This document shows positions 37,348 through 49,600 of a stretch of 64,000 nucleotides of DNA, piece after piece. The position numbers and the translations under genes are program-made. Position 1 is the first letter of the stretch, and every line of letters starts with the position of its first letter. The notes below the pieces were generated by a model. That model was not told where the DNA came from and searched no databases. It saw only the letters and a list, made by a program, of their open reading frames with translations. The stretch spans positions 126,604,001 to 126,668,000 of the forward strand of contig OZ024744.1 in assembly GCA_964016885.1 (NCBI GenBank), read 5' to 3'. Source of the DNA: Eledone cirrhosa (Eukaryota).

Positions 37348-37423
37348 AAACACATATATATAGTTTACATAATTTACATAAATCTTTCGTTGCACATCTG
37401 CAACATCGTCAGTGGTGTTATAT
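37348..37423 (-). ncRNA. Candidate hammerhead ribozyme, upstream pLTR copy
   Basis: Same sequence as 31060-31135, offset +6288. Confidence 0.6.
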
Positions 37424-37689
37424 TCATTGTTCCTCCTGTTGTGTTGTATGTCTACGCCATTTTTTTTTTTTTTTTTGTTCAGTCTGTCTATATATTTATT
37501 TATTTATTTGCTTGTTTGTTTTTCTTATTTTATTTTGTCTTCTTTGCGCATGCGTTTGCGTGTGTGTATAGTGTTATGTGTGATGTGTGACTAGTGTGTA
37601 TAGTGTTGTGTCTGCTGGGTGACTAGTGTGTGTTTATGTGCTTGTGTATGTATTTATTTATCTTATTTTATTTAATTTTATTTACTTAT

Positions 37690-39379
37690 TTATACTTCTC
37701 TTAGGTTAGTGTTGTTTGTTTGGGTGTTGTTGTTGTTCCACTCATTCTTTCTGTTTAGCTTTGGTCTTCTAATTTCTATTTCACTGGCCTCTCTGATTTG
37801 CCTATCTGCTGGGTCATTCCTATGTTTAGATATTTTTCTAATTTCTATGTTGTCTATGTTACCGTCATGTTGTTGTCTAGCATGTTCGTATAGTACTGAA
37901 CCGTTTTTTCGTCCTTTTAGTTCCCCCCAGTGTTGGTCTATCCTTTCACCTATGCTACGAGCTGTCTCACCTATGTATGTTGTTGTCATGTTTCTGCAAG
38001 TACCCTCTGTACATCTTATGCTATATACTACGTTTCTAGTTTTACAGTTTATCCGGGGGTTCACCTTACATATGATACATTTCCTATTGGTACAGTGGGT
38101 TTTCTTAAAAGGGTAGGTTTTGCTGAGCAGGGATTTTATGGTGGTTCCTGGCTTTTCTACCACCTTTATTTTTAAGTGGGTCTTTCTCAGGGCCTTTCTA
38201 CACTGGTTAGCTAATTTCCCTCCAGGGGTGGCGTCCACAAACATGACACTCTGATATCTCTGGTTGTCGTACCATGATGTGGCCTTCCCTATCTTATGTC
38301 TAGCCCTATCTAAGCTATTCCATGATTTGCTCCTGTATAGTGGGCAAATTCCTTTCATGTCCAGTTCTATGAGGGTCTTATACTTTTCCATGGCTCCTTC
38401 GTATACTCTGACTCTGTCTCTTTGGTTGTAGCCAGAGAACTGCATGCGGTTGATGAAGTGTTGGATGTGTCCTTCCATTTCTGTTGGGTCGCACATGCTG
38501 GACACATTCTTCATCACTCGTACCAAATCTGCGATCAGAATATTAAACTTAGCACTACTGGACATTGCTGAGTTTTTGAGTATCAGGTATTTGGAGGCCA
38601 TGGGTTTAGCATAGTGTGAGTGGAGAATTTGGGCTCTCTCGTCTATAGTGTTAATCCAGAGTTCCGTGTCTAATACAGGTAGTCTATTGTTAGGGTGTTT
38701 GGAAGGGAAGTCTATAGTTACAGTTATACTCTGGTGTATGGAATTAGCTATCTGCTGGATGCTTTCCATCGTGCTACGTTCTAAATCAAACTTGTTAGTG
38801 CTCTCTAGTGGGGGTGTTCTTATAACTATATTGATATCGTCTACATAACGAGAGTACATGATGAGGTCTATGGAGCTTTCATTAAGGAGATCTTTAAGTC
38901 TCCTTTCCCACCATACCATGAAAAGGTTGGCAACATCACCAGCTATGCTGACGCCGATTGCTGCTCCCTCATTTTGGGTGTAGATTTTCTCATTGAACTT
39001 AAATATGTGGCCCTTTAGGGTAGTTTTGATACTAGCCCCTATTGCATGTGCGACCATTTTTCTTACCCGATCAGTGTTTTGGGGGGTCCGTATAGCTTTG
39101 GTCCACCCAATCCACCTTCCTATGGGAGTCTTTTTAGCCATTGAGGTTATGGTGGGGGGTCTACCTCTTATAGGTCTACTAGGGCAGAAACATCTAAGGT
39201 CATGGCTGTCTAGGTAGTCAGTGTCGTAGGTAAGTCTAAGTAGGAGGCCCAGTTCGTCTGTGTCGACGTCGCAGAACTCCACCTCACTCTCAATGATCAT
39301 CTCCACACATCTTTTCACAGCAAAATCAATGTTAATGGATGGGTACAGTGACACCACATCCATGCTGCCTATTATGCAG
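37690..39379 (-). pseudogene. 5'-truncated second copy of the PLE ORF (RT C-half plus GIY-YIG)
   Basis: About 9 substitutions relative to the first copy. The ORF-track N-terminus (MKSCVETD...) is read-through from the inverted piece. Confidence 0.9.
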
Positions 39380-39519
39380 CGAAAACCAACCAAACAGTGA
39401 GTGTGTTCTGTTATTAATTCTGGCAATATTACGCAAATATGACCCTCCCCAAATATAACAATATCTGTTTCGACACACGATTTCATATAAAAAACCTCGC
39501 AAAACTAATTCATCGCCGC

Positions 39520-39608
<89 letters not shown>

Positions 39609-39611
<3 letters not shown>

Positions 39612-40242
39612 AGGTCACCAGTTGGTGTTACTGGTAACATGTATCCCAGTACAACCTCTCACATGGTCGGGTCGTTGGCGACTAAACTGGCAACCCCACC
39701 AAGGGTTCTTGGTGAGGAGGGTGATTTTGGACATCCTGCAGGACTAAAAACAAAACCTGTCAAAGGGCAAAGGAGCTCTTAAGAGTCAATGACTATCCAA
39801 AATCACCGGGAGAGATGACCCCTTAGCCTTTGTCAAGGTAGAATTCTAGTAGAAGGAAAACTCTGATATAACACTTGCAACCCTGATGGTATCCAATGAT
39901 GTTGACTTGTTCTTCTTTTTGGTAAATATCATCTTGGTTAAGAGAGTGGGTCTGGCTTTGTGCAGTGCCTTTGCTCACTATAAAAGCTTCACGGCACAGG
40001 CATTGCTTTATATCTGGAGATCTCTCTGGAATTGTCGTCACATGGTACCATGGGCCCAGCACTATGTGTCAACAATTGTCACAAGTGTAGTGTTTGTACC
40101 AGAGTTTTCAAGTCGCTGGCTGGACTAAAAAGTCACACTCGTTCAGCGCATCGGTAGGGGTTCTCCTACATGGATATAAAGTAGTGGCCGTACTCGAAAA
40201 CGAGTTGGCAGCCACCATGTTTGTATGTATGTATGTATGTAT
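39609..40242 (+). mobile_element. Internally deleted RTE-like element (structured leader, C-terminal C2H2 codons, (TATG)n tail), followed by a second leader copy at 40243-40440
   Basis: KCSVCTRVFKSLAGLKSHTRSAHR* at about 40083-40157, then (gtat)n; the leader repeats immediately afterwards. Confidence 0.55.
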
Positions 40243-40774
40243 GTCGGGTCACTCTTGAGTGCTACTGGTAACATGTAACCCAGTACAACATTACGCATGG
40301 TCGGGTCGTCGGCGACTAAACCGGCAACCCCATCCAGTTTACTTGGTGAGAAGGGTGATTTTGGACACCCTGCTAGACAAAAAACAAAACATGACAAAGG
40401 GCGGAAGAACTCATGAGTCAACGGCCATCTATAAAAAAAAAATCCTGCCAAATCAATGGGTGGCAGTAGTTCCAGCTGCACGCATCGAAAGACTGGTGTA
40501 GTGGTTCTGAGAACATTTAGACTTTGCAGATGATCAATGCAAATTGACAATGGAAAGGCGCTCCCGCTCGAGTTAGGAGAGAAAATTGACCTTCAGGAGA
40601 AGCAGCGACCCTTGATTGAATTCATCAACCGAAACAAATATGAAATACACCAAATCTAATATTCCTAGGGGCGGCCATGGTTCTTCTTATTTGCGAGTGT
40701 AAACTCGGCCAGATTAGATTAGATTAGATTATATTGTGTCATGTAAAAATTATTTTCAGTTGTGTGATCGGCGG

Positions 40775-40828
<54 letters not shown>

Positions 40829-41115
40829 AATGTAATCTAAGTTTTTCGAATATTAATAATAACATTCGATTCTTTTTTATTTGAATTTGGCAAAGCCGGC
40901 CATTTATCGCTCGTATACAGGAAACTGACTGGCTAGTCTGCTGATATGCAAATCTGGCTGATCAGTGGATCTGCTAATATGCAGATCTAACTGATCAGCC
41001 AGTTTGCTAATATGCAAATCAGGCCGATCAGTCACTGTATTTTTGAAAATAGCATATATTTCACAGCATATATTTTGATAGCATATATTTCACTAGCTCT
41101 GACAGTTTGGCAGGT

Positions 41116-41177
41116 GAACAGTGAGCTGTACTGATGAAGGGTGATACCCAGAAACATTAGTGTCTGCAGTTCTGTTC
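41116..41177 (+). ncRNA. Minimal type I hammerhead ribozyme motif
   Basis: Stem I gaaca..gagcugua / ugcaguuc-uguuc; CUGAUGA (41131); stem II gggu/accc; GAAA (41151); stem III Aca/ugU; GUC site at 41162-41164. Confidence 0.8.
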
Positions 41178-41336
41178 CCATGCCAACACAAGAGCAAGAA
41201 TGAAGGGTTCATTCTACTGACATGGCTATAAAATTGAGGCTTGTTTGCATAATTGCAAACGAATCGAATGTTATTAATATTCGAAAAACTCAGATTTCAC
41301 TTATTGTATTCAGCCATGTAGAGCGAAAATTTTCTT

Positions 41337-41417
<81 letters not shown>

Positions 41418-41477
41418 TTGTGCATAGAACAATAATAAGAGAAGTCACGTGTAGGTAGATAATATATATATATATAT

Positions 41478-41527
<50 letters not shown>

Positions 41528-42609
41528 TTAGGGGGTACTGAAAAGCTCTCTTCTTAACGCATTTCCAATTTCATTTACAGTACCACCTCGTAAATACATT
41601 ACACTGATCTTTGTGTTTATGTGTTTCTGTCCATGTTTTCTATTTCCTCCTCTAGCGTCATTGTTTCTCTATACCTATCTGTCTTTGTATGTGGCTTTAT
41701 TGTTTTTCGATATTCAGCCAGTGTAAATCTTCAATTTCTATTGTTTTACAGTATTCTTTCGCCCTTTTTCTTTGCTACTATATTGAAAATACATAGTAAT
41801 ACGTATATCAAGACGTACACCAATGAACATATCTCAATACATACACTGTACATTTATTGCCTGTGCATGATGTATGTTACTCAATTTTATTGGATAATCT
41901 TTTTGTTTCGTGATGTATTTCCTAATACTTATGGTTTTGTACTAAACTTAAATCAGGTTAATATATCATTAAATCTTCACATCAAAGCACTTCCATCTGC
42001 CTCTAAACATTTAAAATACCATTCACCACATTGTTTCGTTATTTCTATATCGTTTTATAGCACGTTTAGTCCATCGATTTCTGTTTATTGTAGAGTAATG
42101 TATTATTATCTAATCAGACATCCACTGATTAAATATTTAGCTTACATCTGTAATACTTTTTTCTGTTGATATTTAGGGCGATGAATGACAGAATTGATAA
42201 AGAAACGGATAAAATGCTTTTTGCGTTCAAGTATATTCTGAGTTTAGAGTTTAGACCGTTACTTTTCATCTTTCCGAGAACAATTAAATAAGTATCATTT
42301 CAGATATAACCCCTCACTCCATCACATGTCCCGCCACAAATAATAAAAAAAAAAATTGTGGATTTTTTTCCTGTTAGAATTATCATTATTAATATTATTA
42401 TATTCACCTAGGGCAGTGAATTGGCAGTATCGGTAGAGGGTTGGACGCCATGCTTTCTAGCATAGTTACGTCCCTTTACGGTTTGAGTTCAAATCCCGCT
42501 GAGGTTAACTTTGCCTTTCATCCTTACGGGGTCGATAAAATAAAGTACCAGTAATGTACTGGGTAATTGCTGGCCTTGTGCCTAAAGTAGAAACAATTAT
42601 TAATATTAT

Positions 42610-43430
42610 TGAGGCAGGATGCCTGTCAGGTAATCAGTGCCAACATGTTCATTGAAGTTTCCCATCAGGATATTTGACTCAGTATTAGCTGCATCTAACG
42701 CTGCAGTGACTTCATCAAAGAAGAACTTGTATTTAGACTCCTTGTTTGGTGCATAAACTTGCACCACCCTCAGAGAGACCTATCTTTCAGCCTAAGCTTC
42801 AAGAGGCAAATCCACAACACATTCTGACAGCCGGGGGCTTGTGAGTATCCCACTCCCACCTGTGAAGTCATTTCCGATGCCACACCTGAATAGTGGAGTT
42901 TCCACCCTCCATCCAAATCTACAGTATCAGATCCACAGAACTTTGAAGAGGAAAACCCAACTATATTTAGCCGGTAGCATCTAGCCTCCAACTACTAGTT
43001 TCTGCCCCTTACCTGTGAGGGTTGTAATGTTCCAGGTTCCAACTGTCAAGGTTTGCTTCCTTCCTCTTTGGAGTCTCGGGATACGCAATCTCTCTGCGTC
43101 CATCCCACGCCTCCCAGGACAGATCGCAGGCCCATCGCCAGTTCTTGCAGCATGAAATGGAGACTGCAATATATGTTTCGAACAGGCCCCTCTACCTAAG
43201 GCCGGAACGCGTCCCTTGTTAGCCCACGCGAAGGATGATACGAGATGGTTCTTCTTTGTTTTCCTCATTATATTGCAGTTTCAGTTTTGGTGGTCTTATT
43301 CGCGCCAGTCACCAATCTGGTACTTGTCAAATCCACGACGACTAAGCTTTTTAGAGGCAGCCTTTACTCGCCACGTCGTGGCTACGTTACTGGGTTGTGA
43401 GAGTTTTCTTGGGAGCTACAGGTGTCACTC
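42610..43430 (-). mobile_element. RTE LINE 5' portion (UTR plus APE endonuclease start)
   Basis: LTVGTWNITTLTGK...LNIVGFS...GWKLHYSGV...GVG. Confidence 0.75.
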
Positions 43431-43439
43431 ATTGCTCCA

Positions 43440-43900
43440 TCACCCCCTAGTTGGTCTGAAGAAAATCAACATCTGGGCCAATGTGTCAAGCATCCCCTAC
43501 AATCACCATCAACAACTACGAGCTGGAGGTGGTCTACGAATTCATCTACCTCGGTTCTTCCATCTCTGATAACTTCCCCTTGGATCCCGAGATTAGCAGG
43601 AAAGTTGGACGAGCAGCCTCCGCACTTGTCAGACAGACGGGGAGTATGGGAGAACAGAAAACTAACTACAAACACCAAGATTGTTGTCTATAAAGCGTGC
43701 GTCCTCAGCACATTACTTTACGGCAACGAGACATGGAGCCTCTACTCCAGAAAGGAGCGGCGTCTCAATATCTTCCACATTTTGGATATCAAGTGAACCG
43801 ACCGAGTCACCAGCACTGAAGTTCTCAACAACGTCAAGATACCCAGCATATTCATCCTGCTCCAACAGCGCCGTCTGCGCTGGTTCAGTCAGGTATATTG
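43440..43900 (+). mobile_element. RTE/BovB-like LINE RT C-terminal fragment
   Basis: LEVVYEFIYLGS..EISRKVGRAASA; VWENRKLTTNTKIVVYKACVLSTLLYGNETW. Confidence 0.8.
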
Positions 43901-44481
43901 TATAGATTTAGTGAGGCCTCTGCCTGAAGCTTTTTGAAATGAAGAAAGACCTTACACTGAACCAATCTCACTCTCTAAACAACTGGGGCAGGTATAAACA
44001 AACAACAAAAACCCCCCAAAACAAAACAAAACAAAAATAAAACAGAAAACAAACAGGTCAACATCATTGGCTGCCCTCACAGGTTTTACAACAGCGTTTT
44101 CCTTCTCCTAGAATGATGTCTTAACAAGGACCAGGGCTCTTACTGCAGATGGGCTAACCGTGTGATCGGGCACGAAACTGAGTATTTCTTTTGTCATCGT
44201 CCTAATATAGATATTGCCATTGGTGAGGTATTGCAGAAACAATACTTCTCTGTTTCGCTGAGCTGGTCTGTATCAGTGATGTTAAACCACCCCCACACAT
44301 TCTATATACATATGTACACACCACACACACATATACATACATATATATATATATACGTACATATGTATATATACGTGTGTGTGAGTACATACACATATCA
44401 TATGTATATATATATATTTATTTATATTGTAAGCAAACGGATTTATGGCTAATACTAACGATAACCTCGCTTCTCTCGCTC

Positions 44482-44562
<81 letters not shown>

Positions 44563-44696
44563 ACCGTATGGTTAGATGCCAGGTGGACCATAAACAAATC
44601 AGAATACTCGATACTTGGGGTAGTAGAGTGGGTATTATGAAAAGATTCAGGACCCCGACGGCTGAGCTCCGGCCGTTTCAACAGATTCCTGAATCT

Positions 44697-44767
<71 letters not shown>

Positions 44768-44774
<7 letters not shown>

Positions 44775-45483
44775 GAATAATCGAGTATCGAAAAATCGGC
44801 GCACGAGTTCACGATAAACAAAATTCGATATGAGCGGCAGAGGGCTCAATAATTCAGATAAATTAGAGCTATAACTGTCGTTAAAATACCGTCACACATA
44901 GAACAAGTCTATAATCAACCATACGACCGAAAAATTGCGATCTGGAAGATTCGGGACACTCAGATAAAAAATCAATAAATCAATAAATCAAATGAATGTA
45001 AAAAGCATACCCGGACCCGCTAGAAAGATGGTAAATCTAGCTTCTTGGGTTTCTGTAAATCCTTAAACTGCCCTCTATCAGCTCACATAAAAATATATAA
45101 GACTTCTAGATGCCAGCGGACGGGAATTTACTTCCTCAACGAGCTTTTGTCCAAACGAATGAAAAGGCATAACCCAGGTTAAATACGCACATGGAATTCA
45201 GCAAGGGAGATAACCTCTATATCCGCAAAAAATATTCGGGAAAATGTGGAAATACACATATCGAATAAGAGTGCTCAATAGACATGTTAAAATAAACAGG
45301 AGCTATTCATCATTTAATAGAATCGACAAAAAATGAACAATAAAATTAACTGGTCAATAGCTAGGTCTAGAGCTAAATATAGTAGAATAATCGAGTATCG
45401 AAAAATCGGCGCACGAGTTCACGATAAACAAAATTCGATATGAGCGGCAGAGGGCTCAATAATTCAGATAAATCAGAGCTATA
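44768..45483. mobile_element. Unclassified element with direct terminal repeats of about 105 bp, in (TA)n
   Basis: tatagtagaataatcgagtatcg...cagataaat(t/c)agagctata at about 44768-44872 and 45378-45483. Confidence 0.55.
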
Positions 45484-46029
45484 TATATATAGATAGATAG
45501 ATACAAGCACGGTAACCTGGGAGAAACTTCAAAACGTAGGAGTAAACCTTTTACCGTATTTTTCGAGGTAGATTATGACTTTCATCTTAAAACTAATAAT
45601 GCACTGAATACTTACCATCCTTTAGTAAAGTAAAGTTTAGCCACTTCACCGACTTAGTAAACTAATAAGATTGAATGTATTTCATAAATCCGCTTTTAGA
45701 TAATAGTTAAGATAAAGATATCTCTAATACTGTAGAACTATATTTGACCATTTCCATATAATCAACTTATTGAATTTCTGATCACGTCTGCATTTTTGTT
45801 ATTATGATAGGAAAACACGAGAAAGTCCTTTAGAATGTAAACATTAGGCGCACTGAGTTCATATCAGCTTCACGACTTTTATATCTAAACGCAGGTATTT
45901 TATTTACTTTTAGAAGGATATATTCTTTTAATGTTGCAATATTAAAGAAAATGTAAAGGAAAGTGTGAACAACGAAGCCAACACCAGAGCAAAAGACAGC
46001 AGCGTCGCAAGGAGTACTGGGCAACCTCT

Positions 46030-46690
46030 CTAATGATTTTTGAGGCAAGCCAGCACACTCGCAGCGTTGCCTCGGGTGATGGCGAGGCTAATGCGCTGGA
46101 ACAACCAAGCGCCCTCACGAGATTCGCCAGTTACCTCTATTAGCTGCGCCGCCAGTGAAGAGAGGAACTTCGTAGTCAGCGGCCCGACTCCCCCAAACGT
46201 CTCGAAAGCCACAGGCTGAAAATGTAGGTGGCCGCCAGATCACAGTATTTGAGGGTCTTACCCTGCCCGGCTGCAGAAGCTGTGGCTCTCGTCCTAACCG
46301 CAGCATCCAGGATGTGGGAAGAAGCAAAAGAGTCACTAACAGTGGCATCCCAGACAAAGCACATGCCTCTCGACCAGGGGCACAGGGTAAGGCCGTCACT
46401 TTTGGACAACCCAGATGGTTCTAAGATTGAGGGGATGTTCGTCCGGGCCAAAGCTCTCTTGAGAATGAGGTTTAGCTCCGTGTGACGCGCGCAGCGGCCG
46501 GCATTCAGGCGGCAAGAAAGACCGTGGAGGCCTGTGGAGTCGAGGAATTTGCCGCACGGCACCTAAACCCATGCAGAAGTCAGTTCCCACTCTGAGTGCG
46601 ATGGAGACACGAAGTTCGTCCAGGCTGAGTATGCCACCAATGTTGGCCACGGGTAGGGCATCAACCCAGTCGCCTGTGTATTTGGTGCGG
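46030..46690 (-). mobile_element. CRE-like non-LTR retrotransposon fragment (CCHC knuckle plus restriction-like endonuclease), frameshifted
   Basis: CGKFLDSTGLHGLSC, RHTELN, EPSGL..DGLTLCPWSRG..VWDATVSD, AFETFG and FQRISLAITRGNA. Confidence 0.8.
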
Positions 46691-49600
46691 GCAAATACTG
46701 CTATAATGTCATTATAGCAGTATGGATATCATAACATTCAATATTTATGTCGCCTAGAAGTAATACACTTCATCCCTACCCGGAAAAGTAAGTACGGTAT
46801 CATAGTAAACTATGTTTTGAAATTACACAGCACCGTTAAAGCATGGCGAAACAAAAATATTTGTAGCGTTAGAGTTGAAAGTTTATCTACATCTGGGTCT
46901 CCTACGTAACATGTCCCTCTTAAAATTACATCTACTACCCTCTTCCACCCCATTTCAATCATTCTCACATTTACTGTACCATATTGCTTACTTGACTAGG
47001 GGTTGTACTGGATCTGTCTTGTCGTCTCAACCCCGTGTTGCCCACCTTCCTATTCTTCTATGCACTGAATCATGCCACTCAGGTATTTAGTGTCCCCACT
47101 GTCTCACCAACTATATCAATTTACTTTCCTCCTTCATCACGGTAGCTATGTACAAAGGATGTATCAGATCTATTTATATGCCCCCCTTCAAACCACTTCT
47201 AATTGACATCCATCATTCTGTCCCACAATATACAACTCGCTTTCTCACAAGCCAGCATGTAGCTTCAATCACTCCCTCTAGTATCTTCCATTACTCCTTA
47301 CTCTACACCGCTTCTGCCATCATACTCTCACCCCTCCCTATTATTGTCTCTGTTATTTCCTCCAATATATCCTCTCCCCCACTCATCTCTGTCACTCCAA
47401 TTCATTCTGTCTCTCCCATCTTATTCTCGCTTCTCTCATCCACTTACCTTGACCCCTCTTCTGCCAATGCTCTCTTCTATTGACTCATTCAGCCATGTTT
47501 CCCTGAATAAATGGAAATACTCATGGGTATTGAGTATCCTTTTATGTTTGTGAGAACCAAGGCAAACTCATTACCGATGGTAATATACGCAACTAGTACG
47601 TACACTTGGTAAAGTGGTAACGATCTAAAAGAGATGATGTAGGGTTGAAAAGACCTTTTAATTCTACTGAGAATATATCGTCGTCTCTATTGCTGGGGGT
47701 CATGATAAAATGCACATTTTACACCCTCTAAAGTCAATGGCGCTAGGGATGATATCCTGCAGTAGAAACTACACAAAAATAGTATGAACGAACGAAACAT
47801 TGTTTTTCGACCTATTTAACTTTCACACCATGACTGTCTTTCCGATGTATGTTACATCAAGTATGGAGTCGTGCAAAAGCTCAACACTTACTCGACACTG
47901 ATAAATTCTATAAACCTCCCCACCCACTAAGTTTTATTCTCACGCAAAAACATTGATATTAGCACTTTAGACAATCTAATTACTTGTCATTTTTCAAACT
48001 TAACCAGCATACTGCACTAGTATTCTTTTTGCGATGTAATCTGTCAAATATTAATGCACCATGCCAAAAGATTATTTTCTTTGATATATAGCTTCACACA
48101 CCCATGTTGGCATGATTGATGAAATATTTTTGATAAGTGTGAACGCCTTTGAGGATGGTAACATCTCACCAAGTCGAACATGTAACAATGATTTCATTCT
48201 CGAATGATACCTTTTACCTTCCTTCTCGTATCAGCGATACTTGGTTTCAGTCAATAGCTTGAAGATATCCTGACTGTCTATGAAATGATGACCCTTGTAT
48301 CAACAAACCTTGAAGAGTTATGGTAAGCTTTCATTCCACATATAATAATTGTGAGAAATGTTATAGATTAAGAGGTAAACTATCGATTCACTGATTGTCT
48401 AATCTGGTTTCAGATTGAAAATAATTCTCTTCATTTATGTTGATAAACAGAGCATTGATATTACATCTCGTTCGCTTTCTTTGTACATGTGGGGCACTGC
48501 GTTTGAATCCGAAAAAAAGCATTAAGTACTCAGCAAAAGTACAGAGAATAATTATTTCTTATAATGGCACAAGAAAATATATTAAGAGTTAGTTGATTCA
48601 ACCGAATCATGGTATATTACAACTACTATTGAATCAGTTGGAATGAAAGATAAAGATGAATCCGGGTGGATTTGAACATAAAACACAAGGAGACGTAACT
48701 GAATACAACAAAGCATTTTCGCCGGCATACTAATGCTTCTGTCACTCATTGCTCTAAACTTACCAAGAATAATGCTTAGCAAATTACAATTTATCTGCGC
48801 ATACTCCTCTGCGCATAATAATTCATATTTAAATATTTCTAACTATACGGAAAACGTCAGTCATACTATATAACGACAGTTCAACGTTATTTCGCAAATG
48901 CCATCAATTTTCTAAGAATAATAGTTCAAAACGGATTTATTTGCAGTAAATCAAAGTTGACTTACAAATCAGGTGAACTTAATTTTTTTTCATCCGCATT
49001 TACTATTTTCATATTAAGTATTCTAAAACTTAAAAATAATATTTCTGTTATTTTTTTGTATCGTTAAACTTATTTTTCACGATCAATATCCATGGTTTAG
49101 TTTATTGAAACAAACAAAAACATTTCGTAGTTATTGGAATGCTAAAACTAAAAACACTATACAAGGATGAATATACAACTCAAATAGACAATTTATTGTA
49201 AGAATTTATCTGAAACCTAATAAAAAGTTTCTATTAAAATATGTTAAATGGGTTTTTCTCTACTCGCTTCCTTTTATATAGTACAGTAAAATATCTGCTA
49301 GAGTGATAAAATAAAAGGCATATACTGGAGTCGTCAATTGACCATACCTCGCTCGACAAAGTAAGAAATTCTTATATATTCTAAAAATTATATGCATGTT
49401 ATTAACTTCAGTGCAAATGAAGTAACCTCATTGTATCTAATTATTCGATCTGGTCAGTACACCCGAAATATTTACTCAAGAGACGAATAAATAGATTTAA
49501 TTTTACTTGTACATCGAGAAATAGAAAATCTTTTCAAATAAATATATATATTCCTAAAGTTTTAATTTGTGTGATATGTCCTTCGCAATTCGCATAGCCA

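Larger units (their letters stand above)
30872..39522 (-). mobile_element. Penelope-like element (Neptune-type): inverted 5' piece, truncated ORF, pLTR, full ORF, pLTR; inserted in (TA)n
   Basis: Direct repeat 30872-~33092 vs 37160-39379. Segment 39378-39522 is an inverted copy of 37097-37242. (TA)n on both flanks. Confidence 0.92.

Noticed and set aside
31403-39379. A-to-I editing signature between the two PLE ORF copies
   Set aside because: The roughly 9 differences are mixed transitions and transversions; only 3 are A/G on the sense strand.
1987-45500. Numerous YIYI/CVCV ORFs in the ORF track
   Set aside because: They are translations of (TA)n, (TG)n and 27-bp minisatellites.
46880-47520. 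Possible minus-strand LINE endonuclease relic (ETWLNESI)
   Set aside because: Too degenerate to classify by eye.
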